From Felis catus (lineage: Eukaryota): a stretch of 64,000 bases of DNA. Location: NCBI RefSeq assembly GCF_018350175.1, contig NC_058368.1, forward strand, positions 166,410,001-166,474,000, read 5' to 3'. How positions within the stretch are numbered: the first letter of the stretch is position 1; each line of letters starts with the position of its first letter. This document shows, in pieces, positions 1 through 13,300 of the stretch. The notes under the pieces are model-generated. The model was not told where the DNA came from. It ran no database searches and saw nothing but the letters and a program-made list of their open reading frames with translations. A program made the translations under genes and the position numbers.

Positions 1-590
1 AAGTATACAGCTTAACGACTTTTCACAAATTGAACAGAGTTGGGTAGCCAGCATGGGGATCAAGAAGCAAGTACCCCAGAGTCTGTGTATAAGTGGTTTC
101 ATCACTGTTTCCACTCACAGAATAACTATCCTAACATCTAACACTATAGATTATTTTTTACTTTATTTGAGATGCATGTAAATGGAATCATGTAGTGTAA
201 TTTTTTTCTCACTTCTTTCATTCAACATGATATTTGTGAGACTCTTGTAGTTGTATGTTGTTCACTTTCACTTTTGTATAAAATTTCATTGTATGATTAT
301 ACCACTTCACCTATTCACCCCAGTGAAGAGGATTGTTGGGTTATTTCCAGTTTGAGCTATGAAAAGAGTTTCACTATCTTTATAAGTGTCTTTTTCGTGA
401 AACACACGCACATGCACAAAGCAATTGTTGGACATGTATCCAGAAGTATTAATTGCATTTCCTTGTGACTACTGAAGTTGAATAGATCTTAATGTCTTTA
501 TTGGCCATTTGATATTCTGTTTGAGTTACTATGTAAATATTTTGTAATTTTTACATTATTATTTTAATGGATTCTCAGGAGATCATTGCA
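1..590 (-). mobile_element. Ancient L1 (L1M-type) 3' end fragment
   Basis: Degenerate antisense L1 3' motifs ('aatggaatcatgtagtgt...ctttcattcaacatgatatttgtgag', 'ttgggttatttccagtttgagctatga'). Confidence 0.6.
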
Positions 591-1013
591 TAGATAATGT
601 AACCATGGCCCAGGGATACAGTAGCATCTGGCTTCAGGGATCCCAATGAGACCAGGTTCCACCACTTGCTGCTGACAAAATCCAAAGGCAGAGAGACTAG
701 TGGTGGTGAAACAAGAAAAGAATTTATTTCAGTGAGGCTAACCCTGGAAGACAGAAGACTAACATCACAGGACTGTTTCCAAAGTGCTGAAAATATTTCT
801 AGGTTTAAAAAAGAAAAATGTGGGTCAAAGGTCTGGTGGGTATGTGCAGGTAGGCAGTAAAGGTCAAGTTGATCATTGTCTTGGGGTCAATCACAGAGGA
901 TGGTGTCAGGGCAGTTCCTACTGCAAAAGGAGGTAGTTTTGGTTCCCATTACAGGGTGATTTGCCTACTGAGATTTTGCCTGAGTTAAAAGATAAGTTAG
1001 AAAGAAGAATTTA

Positions 1014-3826
1014 TGTCGCTGTCCAGTTTTCCCAGCACCATTTGCTGAAGAGACTGTCTTTTTTCCATTGGATATTCTTTCATGCTTTGTCAAAGATTAG
1101 TTGGCCATACATTTGTGGATTGATTTCTGAGTTCTCTATTCTGTTCCCTTAATCTATGTGTCTGTTTTTATGCCAAAGCATACTGTGTTGATGATTACAC
1201 CTTTGTAATACAGCTTAAGGTCCAGAATTATGATGACTCCTGCTTTGGTTTTCTTTTTTTTTTTTAATTTTTTAAATGTTTATTTATTTTTGAGATAGAG
1301 AACGACACAGCATGAATGGGGGAGGGTCAGAGAGAGAGGGAGACACAGAATCTGAAGCAGGATCCAGGCTCTGAGCTGTTGGCACAGAGTCCAACGCGGG
1401 GCTCGAACTCACAGACCGCGAAATCATGACCTGATCTGAAATCGGGCGCTTAACCAACTGAGCCACCCAGGCACCCCTGGTTTTCTTTTTTTAACATTAT
1501 TTTGGCTCTTTAGGGTCTTTTCTAAAATTTGCATAAAAATTTTAGAATTGTTTGTCCTAGCTCTGTGAATAATGCTGGTGTTATATTGGTAAGGATTGCA
1601 TTGAATATGTAGACTGCTTTGAGTAGTATTGATATTTTAACAATATTTGTTCTACCAATCCGTGAGCATGAAAAGTTTTTCCATTTCTTTGTGTCTTATT
1701 CAATCTCTTTCGTAAGCTTTCATTAGTTTTCAGCATATATATATCTTTTAACTCTTTGGTTAAGTTTATTCCTAGGTAGTGTATGGTTTTGGTGCAATTG
1801 TAAATGGGATCAATTCCTTGATTTCTCTTTCTACTGCTTCATTATTGGTGTATAGAAAAGTCACAGATTTCTGTATATTGATTTTATATCCTGCAACTTT
1901 GTTGAATTCATGTATCAGTTCTAGCAGTTTTTTGGAGTACTTGGGTTTTCCATGTAGGGTATCATGTAGTCTATGAAGAGTAAATGCTTGACTTCTTTGT
2001 TGCTGATTTTGAATGCCTTTTACTTCTTTTTGTTGTCTGATTGCTAAGGCTAGGACTTCTAAAGCTCTGTTGAATAACAGCGATGAAAAGGGACATTCCC
2101 TGCTATGTTCCTGACCTTAGGAAGAAATCTCTCAGTTTTTCCTCATTGAAGATGGTATTAGCTGTGTGTTTTTTGTATATGGCCTTTATGATCTTCAGTT
2201 ATATTCCTTCAATCCCTATTTTCTTGAGGGCTTTTATCAAGAAAGGATGCCATATTTTGTCAAATGCTTTTCTGCATCTATTGAGAGGGTCACATGGTTC
2301 TGATTCTTTTTTTAATTAATGTGATATATCACATTGGTTGATTTGTGGATATTGAACCAGCCCTGCAAACCAGGAATAAACCCCCCTTGATTGTGGTGAA
2401 TAATTCTTTTAATGTATTGTTGGATTCAGTTTGCTAAAATCTTGTTGAGAATTTTTGCATCCATGTTCATCAGGGAAATTGGTCTGTGGTTCTCCTTTTC
2501 AGTGGGGTCTTTGGTTTTGGAATCAAGGTAATGCTGGCAGTGCAGAAGAATAAACCTAGACCACTTTCTTACACCATACGTAAAAATAAACTCAAAATGG
2601 AGGAAAAGGCTACATGTGAGATACAGAATCATCAAAAGCCTAGAGGAGAAAATAGGCAGCAACCTCTTTGACCTTGGCTGGAGAAATTTCTTACTAGACA
2701 TATCTCCAGAGGTAAAGGAAACAAAGCAAAAGTGAACCTTGGGACCTCATCAAGATAAAAGTTTCTGCACAGTGAAGAAACAATCAGCAATACTAAAAGG
2801 CAACTGATGGAATGGGAGCAGATATTTGCAAATTACATACTGATAAAAGGTTAGTATCCAAAATCTATAAAAACTAATCAAACTCAACACACAAAAAACA
2901 AATAATCCAGTGAAGAAATGGGCAAAAGTCATGAATAGGCACTTCTCCAGAGAAGAACCCAGATAGCTAACAGACACATGAAAAGATGTTCAACATCACT
3001 TATCATTATGGAAATACAAATCAAAACCACAATGAGATACCATCTAGACCTGTCAGAATGGCTAACATTAACAACTCAGGCAACAACAGATGTTTGTGAG
3101 GATGTGGAGAAAGGGAACACTTTTGCACTGCTGGTGGGAATGCAAAGTTGTGCAGCCATTCTGGAGAACAGTATGGAGATTCCTCAAAAAGTTAAAGATG
3201 GAACTAACCTATGACCCAGCAGTTGCATTACTAGGTATTTATCCAAAGGATACAAAAATGCTGATTTGAAAGAACACATAAAACCCAGTGTTTTTCGCAG
3301 CAGGATCAACAATAGCCTAATTATGGAAAGAGCCCAAATGTCCACTGACTGATGAATGAGTAAAGAAAATGGGTGCCCATTACGCATAATAATGGACTAC
3401 TACTCGGTGATCAAAAAGAATGAAATTTTGCCATTTCCAACAATGTGAATGGAACTAGAATGTAGTATGCTAAGTGAAATAACTCAGTCAGAGAAAAACA
3501 AATGCCATATGATTTAACTCATATGTGGGATTTTAGAAACACAACAGATGAACATAAGGGAAGGGAAGGAAAATAAGACAAAAAAAAAAAAAGAGAGGGA
3601 GGCAAACCATGAGAGACCCTTAAATACAGAGAACAAATTGAGGGATGCTGGAGGGGTGTTGTGTATAGGGATGGGCTAAATGGGTGATGGGCACTAAGGA
3701 GGGCACTTGCTGGGATGAGCACTGGGTGTTATATGTAAGTGATGAATCACTAAATTCTACCCCTGAACCAATTATTCCTCTATATGTTAACTAAATTGGA
3801 TTTAATAAAATTTAAAAATAAAAAAA
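1014..3826 (+). mobile_element. 5'-inverted, 5'-truncated carnivore L1: antisense ORF2 segment 1014-2540, then sense ORF2 end, 3'UTR and poly(A) 2541-3826
   Basis: ORF2 peptides on both strands ([22 protein letters not shown] on minus; [23 protein letters not shown] on plus). A-tail ~3815-3829. TSD aaagaagaattta (1001-1013) / aaagaataattta (3827-3839). Confidence 0.92.
1261..1477 (-). mobile_element. CAN-SINE (feliform SINEC) inserted in the inverted L1 segment
   Basis: tRNA-like head (reverse complement ggggtgcctgggtggctcagttggttaagc), (CT)n region and A-tail. TSD tggttttctttttt at 1246 and 1478. Confidence 0.95.
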
Positions 3827-4203
3827 AAAGAATAATTTAATCAGTTGGAAAGTACAGACTGACATCAAAATGGAGGTAGTTGAATTCCACTTTCAATAAC
3901 AACTAATTATGTTCCAATATGTATCAAAATAAAATAATGTTATTAATATAATTTATTACATTCATTACTGTCAAGATAATTTTAGAAGCTTAGAACATTT
4001 TGTTTAATTAGTATTTTTCTATGTTTTGCATTATTTTCTTCATGCACTTTAAGTTTCCCCATTTCAAAAGTCAGTTCTGAGATAAGTAGATGACTGTCTT
4101 CTGAGTTGCCACAGAACACGGTATCATTCAGGTATAGCTTTACCATACTCTGTTGATATCTTCAGGTTACTCATTTTGCCTTCCTCACTCAATTAAAGAT
4201 GAA

Positions 4204-4443
4204 TACAGTAGCACAGGGATTAAGTGTGCTGCTTTGACTCCTAATGGCCAAGTTCAAATCCTGGGTTTGCTGTTTACAAACTTGTTGACCTTGGACATGC
4301 TATTAACCTCACTTTTAACACCTATAAAAATGGGGAATTATTGACTCTTGCCTTATAGGTCTATTATGACTATTAAGTGAATTAAAGTTACAAAGTCTTT
4401 AGAACTCTGCCTTAGTAAGCTCAGTAAACAGTAGCTATTATTA
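4204..4443 (+). mobile_element. MIR SINE
   Basis: MIR core motifs 'gttcaaatcctgg...tgaccttggaca...aacctc...tataaaaatgggga...attaagtga...agtaagctcagtaaaca...gctattatta'. Confidence 0.8.
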
Positions 4444-4565
4444 CCTATGCCTTGTGGTAGAGATCTGTCCAGACGATAATATGTTACCTTTATGTTACTA
4501 TCATTATAGGTCAATAAATCTTAATTTTACTAAGACTTGTGTAGATTTTTTCTTTGTTTTATTTT

Positions 4566-4783
4566 TTAAAAAATTTTTTTAATGTTTATTTATTTTTGAG
4601 ACAGAGAGAGACAGGGCATGAACGGGGGAGGGCCAGAAAGAGAGGGAGGCACAGAATCTGAAACAGGCTCCAGGCTCTGAGCTGTCAGCATAGAGCCTGA
4701 CGCGGGGCTCGAACTCATGGACCGCGAGATCATGACCTGAGCTGAAGTCGGACGCTGATCTGACTGAGCCACCCAGGGGCCCC
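4566..4783 (-). mobile_element. CAN-SINE, young, followed by a (GTT)n microsatellite
   Basis: CpG-rich SINE body. Perfect 15-bp TSD tctttgttttatttt (4551-4565, 4784-4798). Confidence 0.95.
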
Positions 4784-6035
4784 TCTTTGTTTTATTTTGT
4801 TGTTGTTGTTGTTGTTGTTGTTTATTTTTGTTTTTTATCATGGCCATCAAGTACTCCATTACCTAGTTATACCCTTTACATTCCAGTTGAAATTTCTGAA
4901 TCCTAAAAAAGTATTTTGACCTTTCTCTCTGTTATCATTTCCAAGTACACAGAGAATAGTAACTCATTTCCTTTGATTCCCTTTGTTTCTCTAAATTTTG
5001 ATTTTTTGGAATCTCCTGCACCAGTGAGTATGATAGATGTCAAAGAGTCTTCTTCTATGCTTTCTGTTGTCAAAGTGATGATTTCCTTTCATCAATCTGC
5101 TTCTCTACTCAGGTGCTAATAACCTTATTTGAAAGTACTAAACACATAGTTCACTAACTGTAGGGGAGAAATTTGCCTTAAAGTAGCATGAATCTTGATA
5201 AAGTAAAAGGCGATCAGGATTGGGATCCTAAACAAAGCTGATTAACTAGATTAGTGAGGATCAAATCTGTGTCAGAAGTCAGGAAAAAATGAATGCCAGG
5301 ATAGTCAATATGAAATACGTTTGAAATTTAGAATAACAATGTATTTGATTTGGAAGGTTGGACTTGGGAATGATTTTCCCTAACAAATGTTATGAATACC
5401 AATATGATTTATATACATCTTTTATTCAGAAAATGTAGAAGCCTTCTGTATCTGAAGATTCAAGATTTGTGTGCCCTGCAGCTATTTTCCAGAAAAGTCT
5501 CACTGTTTAGTAGAATAGATACAGCTAGCTTAACTTTTAAATAAATGAGAAAAAAATGAATTTAATTTCAAAATACTTTAAGTATTTATGATTGTACTAT
5601 AAGGGTGTTAGAGTAGACAATGACCAAGCACAGACTTGTCAAAGAATCTTGTATAGGACCTTTTCCAATTTCCATTTTTATTCCTTCATTACTTACATGC
5701 ATAAAAATATAGGTTTCTTGTCAATGACAATTTTACAGATAATTCACTTATTTGCTTGAAAGCTCCTTGCTTGTTTCCCCTGAGAAGACTAATAATAGAC
5801 CTCATTATTCTTAAAAGAATCGATTAAACATAATATAGTTACTGATAAAAAAAATTCCTCTTATGCAGAAGCATTTAGCTAGAAATAGAAAATCATATTT
5901 TCTGTCATGTTTCAATGATCATAAGTTCATGTAACTAGATTGAGTTACCCTCTCATTCCAATAGAAAATGATTAGTAATTCTTTTCCATAAGGAATACTA
6001 TAATATTAAATATGTTTATATAAAGAATTGGTTTT

Positions 6036-6230
6036 GGGGTGTCTGGGTGGCTTAGTTGGTTGAGCAGCCAAATATTGATGTCACTTCAGGTCATGATCCC
6101 AGAGTGGTGGGATCGAGCCCCTCATCAGGCTCCGCACTAAACATGGAGCCTGCTTGAGTTTCTCTCTCTCTCCTTTCACCCTTCTCCCCGCACCACATCT
6201 CTCTAATTAAAAAAAAAAAAAGTTAGAAAA
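6036..6230 (+). mobile_element. CAN-SINE (older subfamily)
   Basis: Head ggggtgtctgggtggcttagttgg, CT tract and A-tail. TSD aaagaattggttt / aaagaatcggttt. Confidence 0.9.
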
Positions 6231-7420
6231 AAAGAATCGGTTTAAAGATTTAAGATAGTACTGACAATAAGTTTTAACATACCTCTGTGTACAAGATGTA
6301 GCTATATGTTATTGAAGTTAACTGCCCAATTACCATAGTAAAAATGACACTTGTATATTGTCCACTTCAAGGTTGTCAACAATAGATGTATGCTTACTAC
6401 ATCAAGTTGACTATCCTTAAAACATTGGAAACTCTTTTATTATAATTTTACAAGCAGTTTTGTTAGTTTTATGAGACCAAAAAGAAAAATCATTCCCCTT
6501 ATTTTATAAGCATACATTTTCTTTTTTCCAAAAACTCATTATGTACTCATGAAATATTCCTACCCTACTCCAAATTATCTCTGCATCATGCTCATAACCT
6601 CAGCACAAAGTTCAATAGAGGTTTATTGGATATGTTGGCTTTAATCATTGCAAGCAGTAATGATGAAATTTCACTAGTTTTTGTAAATATTCTCAGAGGC
6701 CAGCTAAATCTCAGTCTGTCCTGAGACCATCCAGTTTCCAGATGGTCTTACAATAGAATCTCTTTCTTTTGCCTTGAAAAAACATGTAAGTTTTAAAAGC
6801 CAGAGTTCTTGGTAGTGTTGCACATCTACAAAATACACACACAGGGTAATTACTTCTTGGCTATGGTAACTAATATGTAAATATTTTAGAAAATAGTAAA
6901 CTAACTTTAAAAGTTTTGCAAGTGCCATTTGCCTGCATTAGGAATGTTTAAACAATAAATTTGCTGAAAACTGTTAAAAAAGAAATCTGGGACCGCAAAT
7001 GTCATTTCTAATCAATATGTTTTATGGTAATTTTATTCTATTTTTTTTGTATTTTTAAAAACAATATTTCAAAATGTACGTGTGTATAGATATAAACTTC
7101 TTTGACACTTGAAATATCCCTATTTTTCTTAAGTTACCAGCTTTATAAGTCATTTATTGTTATTCTATTTTGAATACTTGTTTCTAATGAGATGAAATGC
7201 CAGTTTCAGGCTTAGTTTTGTGGACAATTAGACACACCAAAAAATCACCACCACAGAATCATTGTTTAGTGAGAGGCCTTAAGCATGGAAATTGCTAAAA
7301 TAAACTTTTCTAACCACAATGGTAAATGGTTTATTCACAGTGGTAATGGAACTATTTGGGCCACTTAAAGAAAACAAATTATGTAGTTGCATTACTGCCA
7401 TTGCAGAACACCACTGTTTT

Positions 7421-8303
7421 GTTTTATTTTATTTTATTGTATTTTATTTTATTTTATTTTATTTTATTTTATCATTTTGCTTTGTTTTATTTTATATTAT
7501 TTTATTATTTTTAAAATTTATTTATTGTTTAATTTACATCCTAGTTAGTTAGCATATGGTGCAACAGTGATTTCAGGAGTAGATTCCTTAATGCCCCTTA
7601 CCCATTTAGATGATCCCCCCATCCCACAACCCCTCCAGCTACCCTCGGTTTGTTCTCTATATTTAAGAGTCCTTTATGTTTTCTCCCCTTCCCTGTATTT
7701 ATATTATTTTTGCTTCCCTTCCCTTATGTTCATCTGTTTCGTATCTTAAAGTCCTCATATAGTGAGGTCATATAATACTTTTTTCTGACTAATTTTGCTT
7801 AGCATAATACCTTTCAGTTCCATCCATGTAGTTGCAAATGGCAAGATTTCATTCTTTTTGATTGCCGAGTAATACTCCATTGTATATATATACCACCTCT
7901 TCTTTATCCATTTTACCATCAATGGACATTTGGGCTCTTTCCATACTTTGGCTTTGTCGATGTCACTGTTGTAAACATTGAGGCTGTTTCCACTTTTCCA
8001 CTTTCTCTTCTGTTGCCTTTTTTTTTTTTGGACAGTGTGCTTTTCCCGTATTCCCCCCATCTCTGCCCTCTCTCCACAAGCAAAAACAGCTCCCTGCCCT
8101 CTGCAGCTTCTCTCTCCCCCAGTTTACCTCTTTGTGCTGCATACCTGCTGAGTTCTGTGGTTCAGGTTGTGTGGATTGTTGTGTTAACCCTCAAATCAGT
8201 TTTCTAGGTGTGCAGGATGGTTTAGTGTTGATCTAGCTGCATTTCAGGGATGAGAGATGCAAAAAAATCTTCAATGCTGTTCTGCCATCTTGACCCCTCC
8301 TCT
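7421..8303 (-). mobile_element. Internally deleted L1: first ~320 nt of the 5'UTR fused directly to the ORF2 C-terminus, 3'UTR and tail
   Basis: Perfect 16-bp TSD agaacaccactgtttt (7405-7420, 8304-8319). The 5' end reads ...ggtcaagatggcag on minus. 7983-8090 resembles the 5'UTR at 16518-16627, and 7530-7982 resembles the L1 3' end at 10150-10610. Confidence 0.88.
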
Positions 8304-9289
8304 AGAACACCACTGTTTTAATAAAATGTGTATTATTTTTTACTTGCTCCTTTTCTCATTCCTCCTCTGTCACCACCAAACTGAGTCCCCACTAAAAGTT
8401 TAAAAGTCACATTTTAATCTGATACACAAAATATTCAGAATTAATGTTCTGGTATTACTTTCCAAGTTCAAAGAACCAAGGAAACATTCTGTCCTCTTGA
8501 CTTCTTAGGATTTGGGTTTTCTTGAAAATCATGAAATAATTTACATGTGGCATGGCAAATTTTTGAAAACAAATATATCTGTATGCTTTTAAAGCAATAT
8601 TGTTTAAAGTGTATTGAGTGTTTATTTGCTTTAGTTAAGCTGATCTCCTTCAAAACAATGGTAAATGCACTTATACTCATTTTAATGATGAGAATATTTA
8701 AGATTCTTCAATATGGCCTCCAACTTAAAAGAGTGTCATCCAGGTCAAAAAGTCATGTTAAATAACTAATCATCCTCAAGATTAATTTTTATCATTAATA
8801 AGGTATTTGAGAAGAGATAAATTAATGTGAAGTATATTTTTCATGACAGTATTAACTAAAAAGCCAAATTTTAGTTTACATTAAATGTGGATACATCAAA
8901 CATTGGAAAGGGACTAGACTGTCCAAAAAATGAAATTCTTAAGATGATGGGCCTGGGATGAGAAAAAAATACAAATTCTTATGAAAAACTATATAAAATT
9001 TTAAAAAACACACAAAGAAATAATTTATTTTTCTCTTTGGATTTTTTTGTTTTCTTTCCTAGTTTCAGCAGTCTGAGTTCCATATAGTTTTAGTAACCAG
9101 GCATAATCATTCTTAACTACACACACACATACAAACACACATTTGTGCCTCTATGTATGTATGCATCACTTTCTGTTCTCATGCCACTTATATTTTTGTC
9201 TATATTATCATATTTGTTATTAAATGATTGATAAGAATAAATTGTAGAAATTACAGTAGGAACTGTAGAATGCTTAATAATTAAAACAA

Positions 9290-9453
9290 TTTTGGGGGGA
9301 GAGTGGGAAGGGCAGAGGGAAGGGGAAAGAATCTTAAGCAGTTTCCACACCTGGTGCAGACCCCATGACAGCACTCAGTTCCATGACCCTGGGATCAAGA
9401 GCTGAGATGAAATCAAGAGTGAGATACTCAACTGACTGAGCCACCAGGTACGC
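9290..9453 (-). mobile_element. Degenerate CAN-SINE
   Basis: 'gctgagatgaaatcaagagt...caactgactgagccacc' head motif in antisense. Confidence 0.8.
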
Positions 9454-9688
9454 TGAAATTGTAATAATTTTAATTAACTGTATGTCATGGAATATCTTGT
9501 ATAGCACATCCTGAGGGTTGTTTAGTAACAGATTAAAATTTTATTAAGAAAGCAAGATAAAAAAAAACTTAGAAGCTTTGATTATCATACACTGAGGACA
9601 GCTGTGGTATTCAAAGCTAATGGTTGGAGAACAATCACCTACTGTAAAATTGATAGTACAGATTGACCATGAAAGTACCATTAGAGTG

Positions 9689-9692
<4 letters not shown>

Positions 9693-9735
<43 letters not shown>
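9693..9735. repeat. (CA)n microsatellite
   Basis: About 21 uninterrupted AC units. Confidence 0.97.
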
Positions 9736-9736
<1 letters not shown>

Positions 9737-9894
9737 CTTTATCTATTCAGGAAAATAGACATTGAGTATTTTGTGTGAAAATATCTGTTTTTCTACAATG
9801 TAATTTAAATGTTTCTTTCCTCTCTTCCTACAACTAGAGCTGCAATACTTCAAAACATTTTTTAATTAATTAATTAATTAATTTTTAAAATTGC

Positions 9895-10136
9895 ATTTAT
9901 TTATTTATTTATTTATTTATTTATCTATTTTAAAGTTTCTATTTATTTTTGAGACAGAGAGAGACAGAGCATGAGCCGGGAAAAGACAGAGAGAGAGGGA
10001 AACACAGAATCTGAAGTAAGCTTCAGGCTCTGAGCCATCAGCACAGAGCCCAATGCGGGGCTCGAACTCACAGACTGGAGATCATGACCTGAGCTGAGGC
10101 CAGATGCTTAACCAACTGAGCCACCCAGGCACCCCC
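9895..10136 (-). mobile_element. CAN-SINE inserted in or next to the tail of the downstream L1
   Basis: Typical SINE body with a (TTTA)n tail. Confidence 0.93.
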
Positions 10137-10377
10137 TAATTTTATTTTTTTTAAATTTACATCCAAATTAGTTGGCATATTGTGCAACAATGATTTTAGG
10201 AGTAGCTTCCTTAATGCCCCTTATCCATTTAGCACATCCCCCCTCCCAAACCCCCTCCAGTAACCCTCTGTTTGTCCTTCATATTTATGAGTCTCTTATG
10301 TTTTATCCCCCTCCCTGTTTTTATATTATTTTTGTTTCCCTTCCCTTACGTTCATCTGTTTTGTCTCTTAAAGTCCT

Positions 10378-13300
10378 CATATGAGTGAAGACATATGATA
10401 TTTGTCTTCTTTGACTGACTAATTTCACTTGACATAATACCTTCCAGTTCCATCCACAGAGTTGCAAATGGCAAGATTTCATTCTTTTTGATTGCTGAAT
10501 AATACTCCATTGTATATATATACCACATCATCTTTATTCATTCATCCATCGATGGACATTTGGGCTTTTTCCATACTTTGGCTATTGTTGATAGTGCTGC
10601 TATAAACATGGGGGTGCATGTGTCCCTTCGAAACAGCACACCTGTACCCTGTGGATAAATGCCTAGTAGTGCAATTGCTGGGTCGTAGGGTAGTTCTATT
10701 TTTAGTTTTTTGAGGAACCTCCATACTGTTTTCCAGAGTGGCTGCACCAGCTTGCATTCCTACCAGCAGTGCAAACGAGATCCTCATCTGTTGTTGCCCG
10801 AGTTGTTAACGTTAGCCATTTTGACAGGTGTGAGGTGGTATCTCATTGTGGTTTTGATTTGGATTTCCCTGATGATGAGTGAAGTTGAGGATTTTTTCAC
10901 GTGTCAATTGGCCATCTGGAAGTTTCCTTTGGGGAAGTGTTTATTCATGTCTTTTGCCCATTTCTTCACTAGATTATTTGAGTTTGGGTGTTGAGTTTGA
11001 TAAGTTCTTTGTAGATTTTGGATACTAACCCTTTATATGATATGTCATTTGAAAATATCTTCTCCCATTCTGTCCGTTGCCTTTTAGTTTTGCTGATTGT
11101 TTCCTTCGCTGTGCAGAAGCTTTTTATTTTGATGAGGTCCCAGAGTTCATTTTTGCTTTTATTTCCCTTGCCTCTGGCGATGTGTTGAATAAGAAGTTGC
11201 TGCGTCCAAGATCAAAGAGGTTTTTGCTTGCTTTCTCCTCAAGGATTTTGATGGCTTCCTGTCTTACGTTGTGGTTGTTCATCCATTTTGAGTTTATTTT
11301 TGTGTATGGTATAAGAAAGTGGTCCAGGTTCATTCTTCTGCATGTTGCTGTCCACTTTTTCCAGCACCACTTGCTGAAGAGGCTGTCTTTATTCCATTGG
11401 ATATTCTTTCCTGCTTTGTCAAAGATTATTTGGCCATACGTTTGTGGGTCAATTTCTGGGTTCTCTATTCTGTCCCATTGATCTGAGTGCCTGTTCTTGT
11501 GCCAGTCCCATACTGTCTTGATGATTAAAGCTTTGTAGTAAAGCTTGAAGTCTGGGATTGTGACGCCTCCTGCTTTGGTTTTCTTTTTCAAGATTGCTTT
11601 GGCTATTCAGGGTCTTTTCTGGTTCCATACAAATTTTAGGATTATTTGTTCTACCTCTGTGAAGAATGCTGGTGTTATTTTGGTAGGGATACCATTGAAT
11701 ACATAGATTGCTTTGGTAGTATCAACATTTTAACAATATTTGTTTCTTCCTATCCAGGAGTATGCAATCTTTTTCCATTTTTTGTGTCTTCTTCAATTTC
11801 TTTCATCAGCTTTCTATAGTTTTCAGTGTATAGATTTTTCACCTCTTTGGTTAGATTTATACCTAGGTATTTTATGGTTTTTTGTGCAACTGTAAATGGG
11901 ATCTACTCCTTGTTTTTTCTCTGTTGCTTCATTGTTGGTGTATAGGAATGCAACTGATTTCTGTGCGTTGATTTTATATCCTGAAACTTTACTGAATTCA
12001 TGAATCAATTCTAGCAGTTTTCTGGTGGAATCTTTTGGGGTTTCCATATAGAGTATCATGTCATCTGCGAAGAGTGAAAGTTTGACCTCATCCTGGCCAA
12101 TTTGGATGCATTTTATTTCTTTGTGTTTTCTGATTGCAGAGGCTAAGACTTCTAATATTATGTTGAATAACAGTGGCAAGAGTGGACATCCCTCTCTGGT
12201 TTCTGACCTTAGGGGGAAGCTCTCAGTTTTTCCCCACTGAGGATGATATTTCATCATTGGGTCGTTCATATATGGCTTTTATGATCTTGGGGTATGATCC
12301 TTCTATCCCTACTTTCTTGAGGGTTTTTATCAAGAAAGTGTGCTGAATTTTGTCAAATGCCTTCTCTGCATCTATTGAGAGGATCATATGGTTCTTGCCC
12401 TTTCTTTTATTGATGTGATGAATCACGTTAATTGTTTTGTGGATATTGAACCAGCCCTGCATCCCAGGTATAAATCCCACTTGGTCATGGTGAATAATCT
12501 TTTTAATGTATTGTTGGAGTTGGTTGGCTAATATCTTGTTGAGGATTTTTGAATCCATGTTCATCATGGAAATTGGTCTATAGTTCTTTTTACTGGGGTC
12601 TCTGGTTTTGGAATCAAGGTAATGCTGGCTTCATAGAAACAGTTTGGAAGTTTTCCTCCCATTTCTATTTTTTAGAACACTTCAAGAGAATAGGTGTTAA
12701 CTCTTCCTTGAATGTTTGTGTGAATCCCCTGGAAAGCCATCTGGCCCTGGACTCTTGTTTTTTGGGAGATTTTTGATTACTAATTCTATTTCCTTACTGG
12801 TTATGGGTCTGTTCAAATTTTCTATTTCTTCCTGTTTTAGTTTTGGTAGTGTATATGTTTCTAGGAATTTGTCCATTTCTTCCAGATTACCCATTTTATT
12901 GGCATATAATTGCTCATAGTATTCTCTTATTATTATTTTTATTTCTGCTGTGTTGGTTGTGATCTCTCCTCTTTCATTCTTGATTTTATTATTTACGTCC
13001 TTTCCTTTTTCTTTTTTATCAAACTGGCTAGTGGTTTGTCAATTTTGCTAATTCTTTCAAATAACTAGCTTCTGGTTTCATTGATCTGTTCTACTGTTTT
13101 TTGGGTTTTGATAGCATTAATTTCTGCTCTAATCTTTGTGAATCCTGTCCTCTTCTGGTTTTGGGGTTTTATTTGCTGTTCTTTTTCAGCTCCTTAAGGC
13201 ATAAGGTTAGGTTGTGTATCTGAGGACTTTCTTCTTTCTTTAGGAAGGTCTGGATTGCTATATATTTTCCTCTCATGACTGCCTTTGCTGTGTCCGAGGG

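Larger units (their letters stand above)
598..3895 (-). mobile_element. ERV1-class solo LTR (~470 bp net; pieces 598-1013 and 3840-3895) split by an L1 insertion
   Basis: Begins TGT (598) and ends TTTCA (3895). The 4-bp TSD ATAA is at 594-597 and 3896-3899, and 4-bp TSDs are typical of class I ERVs. The poly(A) signal is on the minus strand (tttatt ~723). Confidence 0.75.

Noticed and set aside
4590..4859. ORF with polyglutamine (QQQQQQQQ) and the recurrent 'QVMISRSVSSSP...SLSQK' peptides elsewhere
   Set aside because: Translation of a (GTT)n microsatellite and CAN-SINE bodies, not a gene family.
6722..6750. Small hairpin agaccatc-N9-gatggtct
   Set aside because: 8-10-bp arms are expected by chance in 64 kb.
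7975..7990. Spliced-L1 explanation for the mini L1 junction
   Set aside because: The corresponding positions in the related L1 of this window show no GT donor or AG acceptor at the breakpoints.
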